A stretch of 64,000 nucleotides of DNA from Nitrospinota bacterium (GCA_038108555.1 JAYNIA010000003.1:60088-124087); one strand, 5' to 3'; shown: positions 8,079-17,014, numbered from the stretch's first letter. Numbers and translations are program-made. The notes: a model not told the origin generated them from the letters alone.

Positions 8079-8789
8079 TTATTTTTCCTTTTTCTTTTCA
8101 TTCGATCCCGCAATTACCAGGGTTAATTCGCCCTTCCATTTACGGTCTTGATTTGCCAGGTCTTCTAAATTTCCCCGAACCACTTCTTCATGAATTTTTG
8201 TAAGCTCTCTGGCAATGGAGATTTGCCTATTACCAAAAAATTTAAAAAGATCCTTTAGAGTTTTTTGAATACGATTCGGCGATTCAAAAATTACAAGTGT
8301 TCTTTTTTCTCCAGCCAGGTTTTCAAGGGTAGTTGTCCTACCTTTCTTCCGTGGAAGAAATCCCTCAAAAACAAATTTATCCATGGGTAGGCCGGAAACC
8401 GACAATGCGGCCAGCAAGGCTGATGGGCCCGGAATTGCGTTTACATTGATTCCCTCATCAAGCGCGGATTGCACTAAATGGTAATGCGGATCAGAAATTC
8501 CCGGGGTACCCGCATCTGAAACCAGGGCAATGTTCTCGCCTTTTTTCAGGCGGCCCATTAACATGGGACCTTTTTTAAATTTGTTATAACTGTTGTAACT
8601 GGAAAGAGGAGTGTGGATTTCATATCGATTCAATAAAATCCGTGTACGACGGGTGTCCTCGGCCGCGATTAGAGAAACGGTATCTAAAATCTCTTTTGCC
8701 CTTTGTGTGAAATCACCCAGATTCCCAATGGGGGTACTGACAATATAAATTGTCCCTTGATCCAGGGAGCCCCTTTCCACATTTCCCAT
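8079..8789 (-). CDS. rsmI: 16S rRNA (cytidine1402-2'-O)-methyltransferase
   Basis: GTIYIVSTPIGNLGDFTQRA...IAAEDTRRT N-terminus of the RsmI tetrapyrrole-methylase fold family. Confidence 0.9.
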   Translation of the reverse strand: MGNVERGSLDQGTIYIVSTPIGNLGDFTQRAKEILDTVSLIAAEDTRRTRILLNRYEIHTPLSSYNSYNKFKKGPMLMGRLKKGENIALVSDAGTPGISDPHYHLVQSALDEGINVNAIPGPSALLAALSVSGLPMDKFVFEGFLPRKKGRTTTLENLAGEKRTLVIFESPNRIQKTLKDLFKFFGNRQISIARELTKIHEEVVRGNLEDLANQDRKWKGELTLVIAGSNEKKKEK

Positions 8790-8864
8790 AAACAGAATAT
8801 ATTCTAATATCCCACCCTCAAAAACTCAATAAGTAATTTTAAATCAATGACTTGAGCTTTTTTC

Positions 8865-9293
8865 TCACCCGTTTTGGGTTTTGTTTGCGGGTTTCTTCTC
8901 TTTTTCTTCTGCTTTAACCAGGGGAATAATTTTCGTTTCCTTGCCGGTCATATCACAAGCTCCATCCAGCACTCCACCCAGCTCGATATAAAGAGCAGGA
9001 GATTTAACATTTCCCACCACTTTGCTAGTCGAATGAATTTCTACTTTTTTGGACGCCATCACGGTTCCTTCTACTCGACCCATGCAAATGACTGTCCCTG
9101 CAGAAATTTCTGCCATCAAATGACCTGTCTCACCAATAATTAAAGTATCTTCGGTTATAACCTGACCTTCAAACTTGCCATCTATGCGAACGGTTCCATC
9201 AAAGGTAAGCGAACCGTTAAAAACCGTATCTTCGCCCATATAGGCTTTTATTTGAGCATCGTCTTTTTTCATGTTTGTCTTTTCCTTCCACAT
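8865..9293 (-). CDS. bactofilin (polymer-forming cytoskeletal protein)
   Basis: 142 aa (possibly starting at the internal MKKDD). Beta-helix repeat FNGSLTFDGTVRIDGKFEGQVITEDTLIIGETGHLMAEISAGTVICMGRVEGTVMASKKVEIHSTSKVVGNVKSPALYIELGGVLDG, followed by a Lys/Glu-rich tail. Confidence 0.85.
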   Translation of the reverse strand: MWKEKTNMKKDDAQIKAYMGEDTVFNGSLTFDGTVRIDGKFEGQVITEDTLIIGETGHLMAEISAGTVICMGRVEGTVMASKKVEIHSTSKVVGNVKSPALYIELGGVLDGACDMTGKETKIIPLVKAEEKEKKPANKTQNG

Positions 9294-9318
9294 GAGAAGC
9301 TTTCCCTATTTTAAAATT

Positions 9319-10185
9319 TTATTTTTTACTGTTCCCCATCAACATTTGAATGCGCTCCAAATCATCATCGGAGTAATAGGTCACAACCAGTTTTCCGCCA
9401 TTTTTCTTGGGTGAGATATCCACCTTTGTTCCCAGCCTTCTTGCTAAATCCTTTTCTAGGTCTTTTATAAAAATATCCTTTTTGATCTTGGGTGCTGCTG
9501 ATTTTTCATCTGAACCTTTTTTTATTTTATTTACTTTGCTTTCCGTTTGCCGGACGGTTAAATCTTGTTTGAGTATTTCTTTTCTTAGAGCTTCCATTTG
9601 TTTGGTGTTTTCCAAACCCAGCAAAGCCCTTGCGTGTCCCATAGAAATTTTTCCTGAAACAAGATCTTCTTTAATATTTCTGGACAACTTTAAAAGCCGG
9701 ACAATATTAGCAACTGCAGCCCGGCTTTTTCCAACTTTTTCCGCCACCATTTCCTGCGTCAGTGCAAACTCATTTGACAACCTTGCGTAAGCTTCGGCTT
9801 CTTCAATTGGGTTTAAATCCTGGCGGTGGATATTTTCAATGATGGCAATTTCGAGGGATTGTGCATCGTTAACTTCTCGAATTACGGCTGGAATTTTTTT
9901 TAGGCCGAGTTTTTTGGAAGCACGCCAACGCCTTTCACCAACGATAAGTTCATAACCGGAATCAGACTTTTGTACCACCACCGGTTGCAATACCCCGTGC
10001 TCTTCAATAGAAGTCTTCAACTCCTCAAGTTTTTCATCATCAAAATAACTTCTGGGTTGCAGACGGTTGGGAAAAATTTCATCGACCGGCAAATCTGTAG
10101 TTGAAGAAGGCTCCGCTTCCGGGACTCCCATTTCAAAGTCGGGAATCAGGGCGTTGATCCCTTTTCCTAGAGCTTTTCTGTTCAT
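9319..10185 (-). CDS. parB: chromosome partitioning protein ParB
   Basis: ParB box LIVGERRWRASK, an HTH and a C-terminal dimerisation region. 4-nt overlap with parA. Confidence 0.95.
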   Translation of the reverse strand: MNRKALGKGINALIPDFEMGVPEAEPSSTTDLPVDEIFPNRLQPRSYFDDEKLEELKTSIEEHGVLQPVVVQKSDSGYELIVGERRWRASKKLGLKKIPAVIREVNDAQSLEIAIIENIHRQDLNPIEEAEAYARLSNEFALTQEMVAEKVGKSRAAVANIVRLLKLSRNIKEDLVSGKISMGHARALLGLENTKQMEALRKEILKQDLTVRQTESKVNKIKKGSDEKSAAPKIKKDIFIKDLEKDLARRLGTKVDISPKKNGGKLVVTYYSDDDLERIQMLMGNSKK

Positions 10186-10979
10186 GCCGCCGATCCTGTT
10201 AAAGAATTTTTGGGTCGAGTATCGTTTTTGGATCGGGAAATTATTTCTTTTGCAAGCTCAACATAAGAATCAGCCCCACGGGAGCGGCCTGCATAAAGCA
10301 TGATGGGCTTTCCATGACTGGGAGCCTCACTCAATCGCACATTCCTCGGAATTACACTTTTCAAAAGAAAATCGCTGAAATATTTTTGTACCTGATCCTT
10401 TACCTGGGTGGCCAGCAGAGTCCTTCCATCAAACATAGTCAATAAAATGCCTTCAACTTTTAGATCCGGGTTGATGGATTTTTTCACCAGCTTAAGAGTT
10501 TTTAATAAATGACTGAGTCCCTGCAACGCATAGTATTCGCACTGCATCGGTATCAACACCGAATTGGACACCGCTAACGCATTCAAGGTTAAAAGGCCCA
10601 ACGAGGGCGGGCAATCTATAACCACAAATTCATATTCATCGATTTGATTCAGCGCCTGCTTTAAAACTTTTTCGCGGCAATCTTTTGCCACCAGTTCAAT
10701 TTCAGCGCCCGTTAAATCTACTCTCGAAGGAATTATTTTGAGAGTTTCTATCTCCGTTGAGCAAGTGACTTCCTTGACACTGGCTTCACCCATTAATAGT
10801 TCGTAAACCCCTTTTGCATCTTCCTCCACACCCAATCCACTGGAGGCATTTCCCTGAGGGTCCACATCTATCAACAAAACTTTTTTGCCCGAAAGGGCTA
10901 TTGACGCAGAAAGGTTGATTGCAGTGGTTGTTTTTCCCACGCCGCCTTTTTGGTTTGCAATGCTGATTATTTTGCTCAT
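10182..10979 (-). CDS. parA: chromosome partitioning ATPase ParA/Soj
   Basis: Deviant Walker A NQKGGVGKTTT and FVVIDCPPS. 265 aa. Confidence 0.95.
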   Translation of the reverse strand: MSKIISIANQKGGVGKTTTAINLSASIALSGKKVLLIDVDPQGNASSGLGVEEDAKGVYELLMGEASVKEVTCSTEIETLKIIPSRVDLTGAEIELVAKDCREKVLKQALNQIDEYEFVVIDCPPSLGLLTLNALAVSNSVLIPMQCEYYALQGLSHLLKTLKLVKKSINPDLKVEGILLTMFDGRTLLATQVKDQVQKYFSDFLLKSVIPRNVRLSEAPSHGKPIMLYAGRSRGADSYVELAKEIISRSKNDTRPKNSLTGSAA

Positions 10980-11147
10980 GGAGGTGAAATTTAGGAGTTT
11001 TCAGGATTTTAACAAGTTGCCAAAAATAGTTGGGACGACTTTAAACCAAATTGCCTGAAATAATCTACCTAAAATTAGCATAAATCTTATTTACTAACAA
11101 ATATATTTCCTTTTTTAGCAAATATTTACCCACTTCATTGGGTCCAA

Positions 11148-11163
11148 TGTTTCACGTGAAACA
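11148..11163. promoter_or_regulatory. parS: parS centromere site 1
   Basis: Perfect palindrome TGTTTCACGTGAAACA, the canonical chromosomal parS consensus. Confidence 0.9.
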
Positions 11164-11192
11164 ATCAAATTGGGTGGGCTAAGTTCTGATAA

Positions 11193-11208
11193 TGTTTCAC
11201 GTGAAACA
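11193..11208. promoter_or_regulatory. parS: parS centromere site 2
   Basis: Second perfect TGTTTCACGTGAAACA, 45 bp after the first. It lies between the rsmG stop and the parA promoter region. Confidence 0.9.
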
Positions 11209-11213
11209 ATTTT

Positions 11214-11846
11214 TCATGCTTGGGACTTTTCAAAAACCATAAGGCTGGAATGTTTATCATTGAATCCGGTCACCATCAATTTTTTCTTCAGTGAAAAACC
11301 ATCAGCGGGGTTTAGAGCGTCCTTGATTTCCTCATGGTTTTTCTTCAGGACAACCTTCCCCCCCTCTCCCAAAAATGGGGAGGCTAAATATAGGCAGGTT
11401 TGTATATCTGAAACGGCTCTGAAAATTACTGCCTCGACCAATCCTTCGCTTTGAATATCTTCCGCCCTCTGGTTAACGACATTAATTCCCTTAAGACCAA
11501 GATTGAGAATTACGGCCTCGAGAAAGCTGCATCGTTTCCCCTGGCTATCAATTAATGTGATGGTTAATTCTGGATAAATAATTTTTAGAGGAATGCCAGG
11601 AAACCCTCCTCCACTGCCTATATCTACTACCTTCTCATTCGGGAATATAACCCGGGCATATTGCAGGGAATCAAAAATATGGCGCTGAAGAATTTCCAGG
11701 GCAGTTTTTTCTGAGGTGAGATTAATCTTCTGATTCCACTTTACCAGAAGTTCCAGATAATCACTAAACTGGGTCACCATTGTATTGGTGATATTTTGGG
11801 AGGTTAATTCCAGGCGGGGATCTTCTAAAACTTCCTTTATATCCAT
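11214..11846 (-). CDS. rsmG: 16S rRNA (guanine527-N7)-methyltransferase
   Basis: 210 aa. SAM motif VVDIGSGGGFPGIPLKI. Classical rsmG-parA-parB arrangement. Confidence 0.9.
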   Translation of the reverse strand: MDIKEVLEDPRLELTSQNITNTMVTQFSDYLELLVKWNQKINLTSEKTALEILQRHIFDSLQYARVIFPNEKVVDIGSGGGFPGIPLKIIYPELTITLIDSQGKRCSFLEAVILNLGLKGINVVNQRAEDIQSEGLVEAVIFRAVSDIQTCLYLASPFLGEGGKVVLKKNHEEIKDALNPADGFSLKKKLMVTGFNDKHSSLMVFEKSQA

Positions 11847-11876
11847 TTGGGGGAATATTTTAGAAATAGGGCTGAA

Positions 11877-12857
11877 TCAGCCTTTCAATATTTTTTTGAA
11901 TTCCTGGGTCAGCAAGGGGACAATTTTTATGGCATCGCCAACAATTCCATAATCAGCTACAGAAAATATGGCGGCATGGGGATCGGTGTTAATTGCAACA
12001 ATGCAGCGCGAGGAAGACATCCCTGCTAGATGCTGCACCGCACCTGAAATTCCGCAGGCAATATACAAATCGGGGGAAACCGTTCTACCGGTTTGACCTA
12101 CCTGATGGGTATATTCCTGCCAACCGTTATCCACCACTGGTCGAGACGCTGCCACCGCTGCACCTAGTACTTCCGCCAGGTCTTCGAGCAACTTAAAGTT
12201 TTCAGGCCCCTGCATACCCAGTCCACCGGAGACAATTATTCGGGCTTCTGTAATATCCAACTCGGCCCCTACTTCTCTGACAAGTCCTTTTACAATCACT
12301 GAAAAATCTGGAAGACTAGCCTCAATTTTTTCAACCTCGCCGGTCCGGGATTCATCTGCACCTTCCCCTCTAAAGACATTCGGACGTAAGGTAACAAGAT
12401 AGGGTTTGGGACCTTTCAATTGGCAAAGGGAATGTGCCTTACCAGAAAACAGCGGCCTTTTGACCATTAACTCCCCTTCTTCTGAGAGCTGCAGGTCAAT
12501 ACAATCGGTGGCTAACCCAACCTTCAATTGGGTGGCAACCGCTGCCGCAAGCTCCTTCCCATTATTGGAGGCTGACATTAGGACCAGATCGGGTTGAGAG
12601 TTTTCAATCTCACTCACCAGACCCGAAGTATATGCTTCGTGGGTGTAGTTTTCAAAGTCGGGATGAGAGCAAACATTCACCTTATCTGCCCCCTCTTGAA
12701 TTAAAGCTTGCGAATCCACATCGGGATTGCTGGAAAAATATAATGCGGTTATTGACTCAGATATTTTACCGGCTGCATTTAGAACTTCAAAGGTAACCGG
12801 CTTGATTCCATTTTGGTCGTGCTCTACGACCACAGCTATAGATAGGCTTTTTTCCAC
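11877..12857 (-). CDS. etfA: electron transfer flavoprotein subunit alpha
   Basis: C-terminal FAD-binding signature PDLYIACGISGAVQHLAGM. GTG start. Confidence 0.9.
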   Translation of the reverse strand: MEKSLSIAVVVEHDQNGIKPVTFEVLNAAGKISESITALYFSSNPDVDSQALIQEGADKVNVCSHPDFENYTHEAYTSGLVSEIENSQPDLVLMSASNNGKELAAAVATQLKVGLATDCIDLQLSEEGELMVKRPLFSGKAHSLCQLKGPKPYLVTLRPNVFRGEGADESRTGEVEKIEASLPDFSVIVKGLVREVGAELDITEARIIVSGGLGMQGPENFKLLEDLAEVLGAAVAASRPVVDNGWQEYTHQVGQTGRTVSPDLYIACGISGAVQHLAGMSSSRCIVAINTDPHAAIFSVADYGIVGDAIKIVPLLTQEFKKILKG

Positions 12858-13000
12858 GGGAAACGCTCAGTTATTTTATTAATTTGAAAAGGAGGAAGGA
12901 TAACCCAGTCGCAAAAAAACTACAACGGAGAAAAAAGGAGGAAGAATTAAAACAAAATTTTTGAAATTATAGGCTAGGCCCATTTATGCAAAAATATAAA

Positions 13001-13168
13001 TCAATACTTGCCGGGAGGCCTGAATAAAGGCAGATCGAGAATCCATTCCACTTCCCAGATTTCTCCAATAGTGCCAAGTCCAAGTAAAAGGACATAAACA
13101 ACAAGTGCAGCCAACCCTAACTTTTCTTTATTTTTTTGAAAAAAATTTTGGTCGGTGGTTTCATTCAT
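13001..13168 (-). CDS. possible 55-aa single-TM protein between etfB and etfA (below the ORF-track cutoff)
   Basis: Own translation: MNETTDQNFFQKNKEKLGLAALVVYVLLLGLGTIGEIWEVEWILDLPLFRPPGKY. One hydrophobic helix. No homology evidence. Confidence 0.3.
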   Translation of the reverse strand: MNETTDQNFFQKNKEKLGLAALVVYVLLLGLGTIGEIWEVEWILDLPLFRPPGKY

Positions 13169-13188
13169 TTTGAAAAAATCCTCTAAAA

Positions 13189-13980
13189 TTAAATGATCTT
13201 TTCTTCTTCACGGATGATGGTCGCCAACTGTTTAGCCATTTCTTCATCCGTACCCTCGAGAATTATTCCCTTTTTCCTCTCAGGAGGCAAGGAGAGTTTT
13301 ATTTCCTGCAATTTGTTATTTTCGGGATTTAGCGCTTCCGCATCCAACCCCAAATCTGTTGCGGAAAGGTTCTGGATCTCTTTTTTCTTGGCAGCCATTA
13401 TTCCTTTTAAGGAAGGAAGACGGGGTTCATTCAAACCTTTCTGACAAGTGGCAAGAAAAGGCAAAGTCATATTTTTTCGAATTTCACTTCCCCCTTCGAT
13501 CTGCCGGGTGATGTCTGCCGATTTAAAATCATCTGAAAATTGAATTTTGGTAACAATGGTAACAAAGGGTATTTCCAACAAAACAGCCAGTGCTGGTCCC
13601 ACTTGAGCCATATCATCATCGACAGCCTGCCGACCGCAAAGAACAAGATCAAAAGAATGTTTTTGAACAGCCCTGGCTAAAACACTCGCCACAAGAGAAT
13701 TGTCAATTCCATCGAATAACGGATCTGATATATGAACCGCATGATCAGCACCCATGGCCAGAGCTCTTTTCAGGGTTTCTTTTACGCTGTCGGGTCCCAG
13801 GGATAAAACCGTAATTTCCGAATCCGGCAAAGCGGTTTTAATGCGAACGGCTTCTTCGACGGCAAATTCGTCGTAAGGATTCATGATAAAGGGACTGCCA
13901 GGAGAAACTATTTTTTCATCCTGGATTTCAATCTTAGCCCCGGTATCCAGCACCTGTTTAATACAAACAATTATTTTCAT
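13189..13980 (-). CDS. etfB: electron transfer flavoprotein subunit beta
   Basis: MKIIVCIKQVLD N-terminus and overall EtfB pattern. 263 aa. Confidence 0.9.
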   Translation of the reverse strand: MKIIVCIKQVLDTGAKIEIQDEKIVSPGSPFIMNPYDEFAVEEAVRIKTALPDSEITVLSLGPDSVKETLKRALAMGADHAVHISDPLFDGIDNSLVASVLARAVQKHSFDLVLCGRQAVDDDMAQVGPALAVLLEIPFVTIVTKIQFSDDFKSADITRQIEGGSEIRKNMTLPFLATCQKGLNEPRLPSLKGIMAAKKKEIQNLSATDLGLDAEALNPENNKLQEIKLSLPPERKKGIILEGTDEEMAKQLATIIREEEKII

Positions 13981-14054
13981 TTAAAAATTCAATAGCCTAG
14001 TGACTGTCATAATCTATTATGTCATTGAACATTTAAATATAAAAACTAAACTTT

Positions 14055-14408
14055 TTATTTTAAAAATTTACTTATTTTCTTCAATCCCGCTTTGACATGT
14101 TCACGCAGGGCTTGCGGACTGATCTTCATTATTTTCGCTGCAAGATTCTTTTTAAGTCCGCCATAGAACACAAGGGAAACAGCAACAATCTGGCGGTCGG
14201 TCAGCCCCATACTGCCAATGTCGATGGATTGTTCTTTAAGATAGGAAAATTCTCCCTGAGGTTGGAATTCTAAACAATCACTATCCAACCCTTGAATATT
14301 GCTTAAAATTTCCAACTCATCTGAGGGAAAATACCTTAAATGATAATCCCCTTCTAGTTCCTTCAGGGACAATTCCTCTTTATTAATACCCAACCCTGAA
14401 TCAAACAT
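14055..14408 (-). CDS. sigma-70 region-4-like HTH protein (putative late/early regulator)
   Basis: C-terminus GLTDRQIVAVSLVFYGGLKKNLAAKIMKISPQALREHVKAGLKKI resembles sigma region 4. I prefer the internal start MFDSGL at 14408, whose ATG overlaps the upstream stop (ATGTTTGA). The track ORF extends to 14459. Confidence 0.5.
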   Translation of the reverse strand: MFDSGLGINKEELSLKELEGDYHLRYFPSDELEILSNIQGLDSDCLEFQPQGEFSYLKEQSIDIGSMGLTDRQIVAVSLVFYGGLKKNLAAKIMKISPQALREHVKAGLKKISKFLK

Positions 14409-14826
14409 TCCAGTACCTTTCGAAATATTTTTTAAATTGATGACCCTCATAAGCGACAAAATATGGAAACCATTTTGGTGGTCGTAATTCCGTCAGGTCT
14501 GATTTTAATCTCCCAGGTAGGGAGTCAGGTAATCCTGATATGGGGATTCCATTTATAAACATTTTGTCCTGGGAAACGGACACTCTCCAATATTCCCTCC
14601 CAATTTTAAAGTGAAACCACCACGCCTCTAGATCAATTTTGCCCTGGTATAAATAGTTACCGCAATACAAACACCTCCACCCCACTTGGGTTCGATACAA
14701 ACCACGCAAACCACATCCTCTTGATATTTCTTCCCCACTTTCGAGCAGGATTTTCTTTTTGAAACACTCTTTGAGATATTTTTCCTTTTTATGAAGCTTG
14801 TTATTCTTTATCTTGATTTTTGCCAT
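14401..14826 (-). CDS. hypothetical early protein (Cys-containing, 141 aa), divergent from the repressor
   Basis: ORF with a Lys-rich N-terminus and CG..(14)..CLYCG cysteines. Its position is equivalent to a cro/early gene. Confidence 0.45.
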   Translation of the reverse strand: MAKIKIKNNKLHKKEKYLKECFKKKILLESGEEISRGCGLRGLYRTQVGWRCLYCGNYLYQGKIDLEAWWFHFKIGREYWRVSVSQDKMFINGIPISGLPDSLPGRLKSDLTELRPPKWFPYFVAYEGHQFKKYFERYWNV

Positions 14827-14957
14827 AATCCATCTCCCAACTTTACAAACCCAAAATATATAAACATATCCAATTTTTTGGCTATATTAATTTAAAACTA
14901 TTAAATTTCATCCCGTACTATTCAAAATTATCCCCAAAAAATGCTATAATTGCTGAA

Positions 14958-15007
14958 ATATGTTTTGATAATGCCAATACCTAGGAGCATAAATCTTTAT
15001 CAAACAT
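14958..15007. promoter_or_regulatory. candidate operator / inverted repeat in the divergent switch region
   Basis: ATATGTTTTGATAA (14958-14971) and TTATCAAACAT (14997-15007) are near-complementary arms about 25 nt apart, inside the 297-bp divergent intergenic region. Confidence 0.3.
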
Positions 15008-15123
15008 CCTTTTTCCGAAACTTTAAAAGCACCCGTTTGAGCTTCGGAATTGGGACATTTTTCATTCAACCGAATATTAATATGAGACAATAGTCCCTAT
15101 TTGTCAAGTTTTTTTTAAAACTC

Positions 15124-16017
15124 ATGCCCATAAAAAATAGGATTTGGGAAAGAATAAAAGCATTACCGGGAAGTGATAATCTGGCAAAGTTTTGTCGGGA
15201 GGTAGGCTTAAATTATGAAAGTTATCGGAAAAGTTACCAGAGGAGTAATGGGCCTCCGGACTCCATAGCGTTGGAAAAAATAGCAAGCCATTTCGGATTG
15301 AATTTGAATTGGCTGATAACGGGTAAAGATTCGCTTAGTCCTATCAATCAAATCATCGGAAAAAAACTAAGGGAATATAGAAAGGCGAAAGGCTGGACCC
15401 TTGAGCAATTTGGGCAATATCTTGAAATGGTTCCGCAGATATTAAAAAATTACGAAAATGGAAGTTTGCCGGTTACTTTTGACTTAATAATTACCCTATC
15501 CGAAAAAATGAACATACCCGCCCACGAATTGATAAAAGAAGGGGGTGCGGCGTCTGTTCAAACCCCCGAGCTTAAAGTGTTTCAACCTGCAAGTATGTCG
15601 AATACACCGGCCATAAAAAGCGAAGATTATGTATCTATTCCCTTAACAGATTCCTCCATCGCAGCAGGCCAACCCATTATTCAGGAAAACAACATTGAAG
15701 ATTACGTTCTCCTCCACATTCGGGCTGCTGGAAAAAGAAATAATCTGGTTGCCAGTCGGGTAGATGGGGAATCAATGGAGCCCATGCTTCATTCAGGGGA
15801 TATTGTGGTTATAGATCGGGATGATAAAAAATGGTCCAAAAATAGAATTTTTGCAATATTCCATGAAGGGGGTTTGACCGCCAAATATTTAGAGAAACAA
15901 AAAAACCTGCTCCTGCTCAGGCCTATCAACCCCCTTTCCCAAGTGCAGATCATCAACCTGGATGAAAACCCAGATCCTGTTGTGGGTCGGGTTATTGGCG
16001 CGTGGAAAGAGTTATAA
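15124..16017 (+). CDS. phage repressor: two XRE-type HTH domains plus an S24 (LexA/CI-like) autopeptidase domain
   Basis: HTH1 ends ...LNLNWLITGK. HTH2 is IGKKLREYRKAKGWTLEQFGQYLEM. The S24 catalytic motif is VDGESMEP, with a later ...GGLTAKYLE lysine. Confidence 0.85.
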   Translation: MPIKNRIWERIKALPGSDNLAKFCREVGLNYESYRKSYQRSNGPPDSIALEKIASHFGLNLNWLITGKDSLSPINQIIGKKLREYRKAKGWTLEQFGQYLEMVPQILKNYENGSLPVTFDLIITLSEKMNIPAHELIKEGGAASVQTPELKVFQPASMSNTPAIKSEDYVSIPLTDSSIAAGQPIIQENNIEDYVLLHIRAAGKRNNLVASRVDGESMEPMLHSGDIVVIDRDDKKWSKNRIFAIFHEGGLTAKYLEKQKNLLLLRPINPLSQVQIINLDENPDPVVGRVIGAWKEL

Positions 16018-16078
16018 ATCCCTATCTATTTGCATTTTTTAGTTTTACAACAAATTCTGGTGGGGCATAATACTATTC

Positions 16079-16501
16079 ATGGAAGAAAAGAAAAAAGACA
16101 CAGGCCCCCCTCTCAAAATTTTACTGGCCGATGACACAGCGGTAAATGTTGCTTTAGCAACCAAATTAATGAAAAGAAGGGGTCATGACATTACCACGGT
16201 CGAAAATGGTCTTGAGGCCTTTGAAGCCTTTCAAAAGGATTCTTTCGATGTAATTCTTATGGATATCCACATGCCTGTTATGGATGGTTTGGAGTCCACC
16301 AAAAAAATAAGGGAATTCGAAACATCCAATCCTTCCAAGGCTCCCACACCTATTATCGCTATGACCGCAAATAACGAGCAAAGCGATCACGAAATCTATT
16401 TGAATAGTGGAATGAATGGAATCATTACCAAACCTTTAGAAATAAAAAAGGTTGTTTTCCAAATTCGGGAAATAATTGAAAAATTCCAGGCTCAATCCTG
16501 A
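16079..16501 (+). CDS. stand-alone response-regulator receiver (CheY-like) protein
   Basis: ILLADD...DVILMDIHMPVMDG...IIAMTA...ITKP receiver motifs, and no output domain. It has its own TTTACA-N16/17-(C)ATAAT promoter-like sequence at 16044-16072. Confidence 0.85.
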   Translation: MEEKKKDTGPPLKILLADDTAVNVALATKLMKRRGHDITTVENGLEAFEAFQKDSFDVILMDIHMPVMDGLESTKKIREFETSNPSKAPTPIIAMTANNEQSDHEIYLNSGMNGIITKPLEIKKVVFQIREIIEKFQAQS

Positions 16502-16517
16502 AAATCCCCTCTCTGTT

Positions 16518-16979
16518 TTATATTGTTGCAATTGCTTCCTTTTGAAATAAGACTGTAACAATAATTTTATCCCCCGGATTACCGGAACCCACTTGTGAGA
16601 ATTTCAAACCCAATCGATCACTAATTGAAAATACAACTTTTGTAGAAAGCGAAGTTTTTTCATATTGATTCCCATCAGTCAATGTCGCTTCATTATTTTG
16701 TGCTATAGAGTTTTTTAATATATCAATCTTAAGGTCCTGCCCTGTGGGAGGATTGAGAGAAAAAATTCCTATGGCCCGAACTGCAATTGTTTCTTCAGGA
16801 ACAAATCCATCAAAAAAAACCGTTTCATCAATGGCAGGACCATGAACGGAAAGGGTAAAACAAAGGAGGCTCCCCAAATCGTCAACGGCATTGGCAAATT
16901 CTGTATATTCGGTCTCCCAGTTCAAATCCCCGGCACCGGGTATGGGAAGGTTTAAATTGTTGGTGAAAGTGTTAGCCAT
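16518..16979 (-). CDS. putative tail fibre / receptor-binding accessory protein
   Basis: Last gene of the structural operon. The N-terminus MANTFTNNLNLPIPGAGDLNWETEY resembles the T.NL.LP.P..GD..W start of many phage fibre proteins. This rests on memory-based pattern recognition only. Confidence 0.4.
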   Translation of the reverse strand: MANTFTNNLNLPIPGAGDLNWETEYTEFANAVDDLGSLLCFTLSVHGPAIDETVFFDGFVPEETIAVRAIGIFSLNPPTGQDLKIDILKNSIAQNNEATLTDGNQYEKTSLSTKVVFSISDRLGLKFSQVGSGNPGDKIIVTVLFQKEAIATI

Positions 16980-17014
16980 TCATTGCCTCCTGATATTGGT
17001 ATTTGTATCGTCCT

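Noticed and set aside
13981-14054. Search by eye for att-type direct repeats between the left (13.98-14.06 kb) and right (32.53-32.98 kb) borders of the phage-like element
   Set aside because: I could not identify a convincing shared core of 12 nt or more by eye. This is not decisive and needs a computed alignment.
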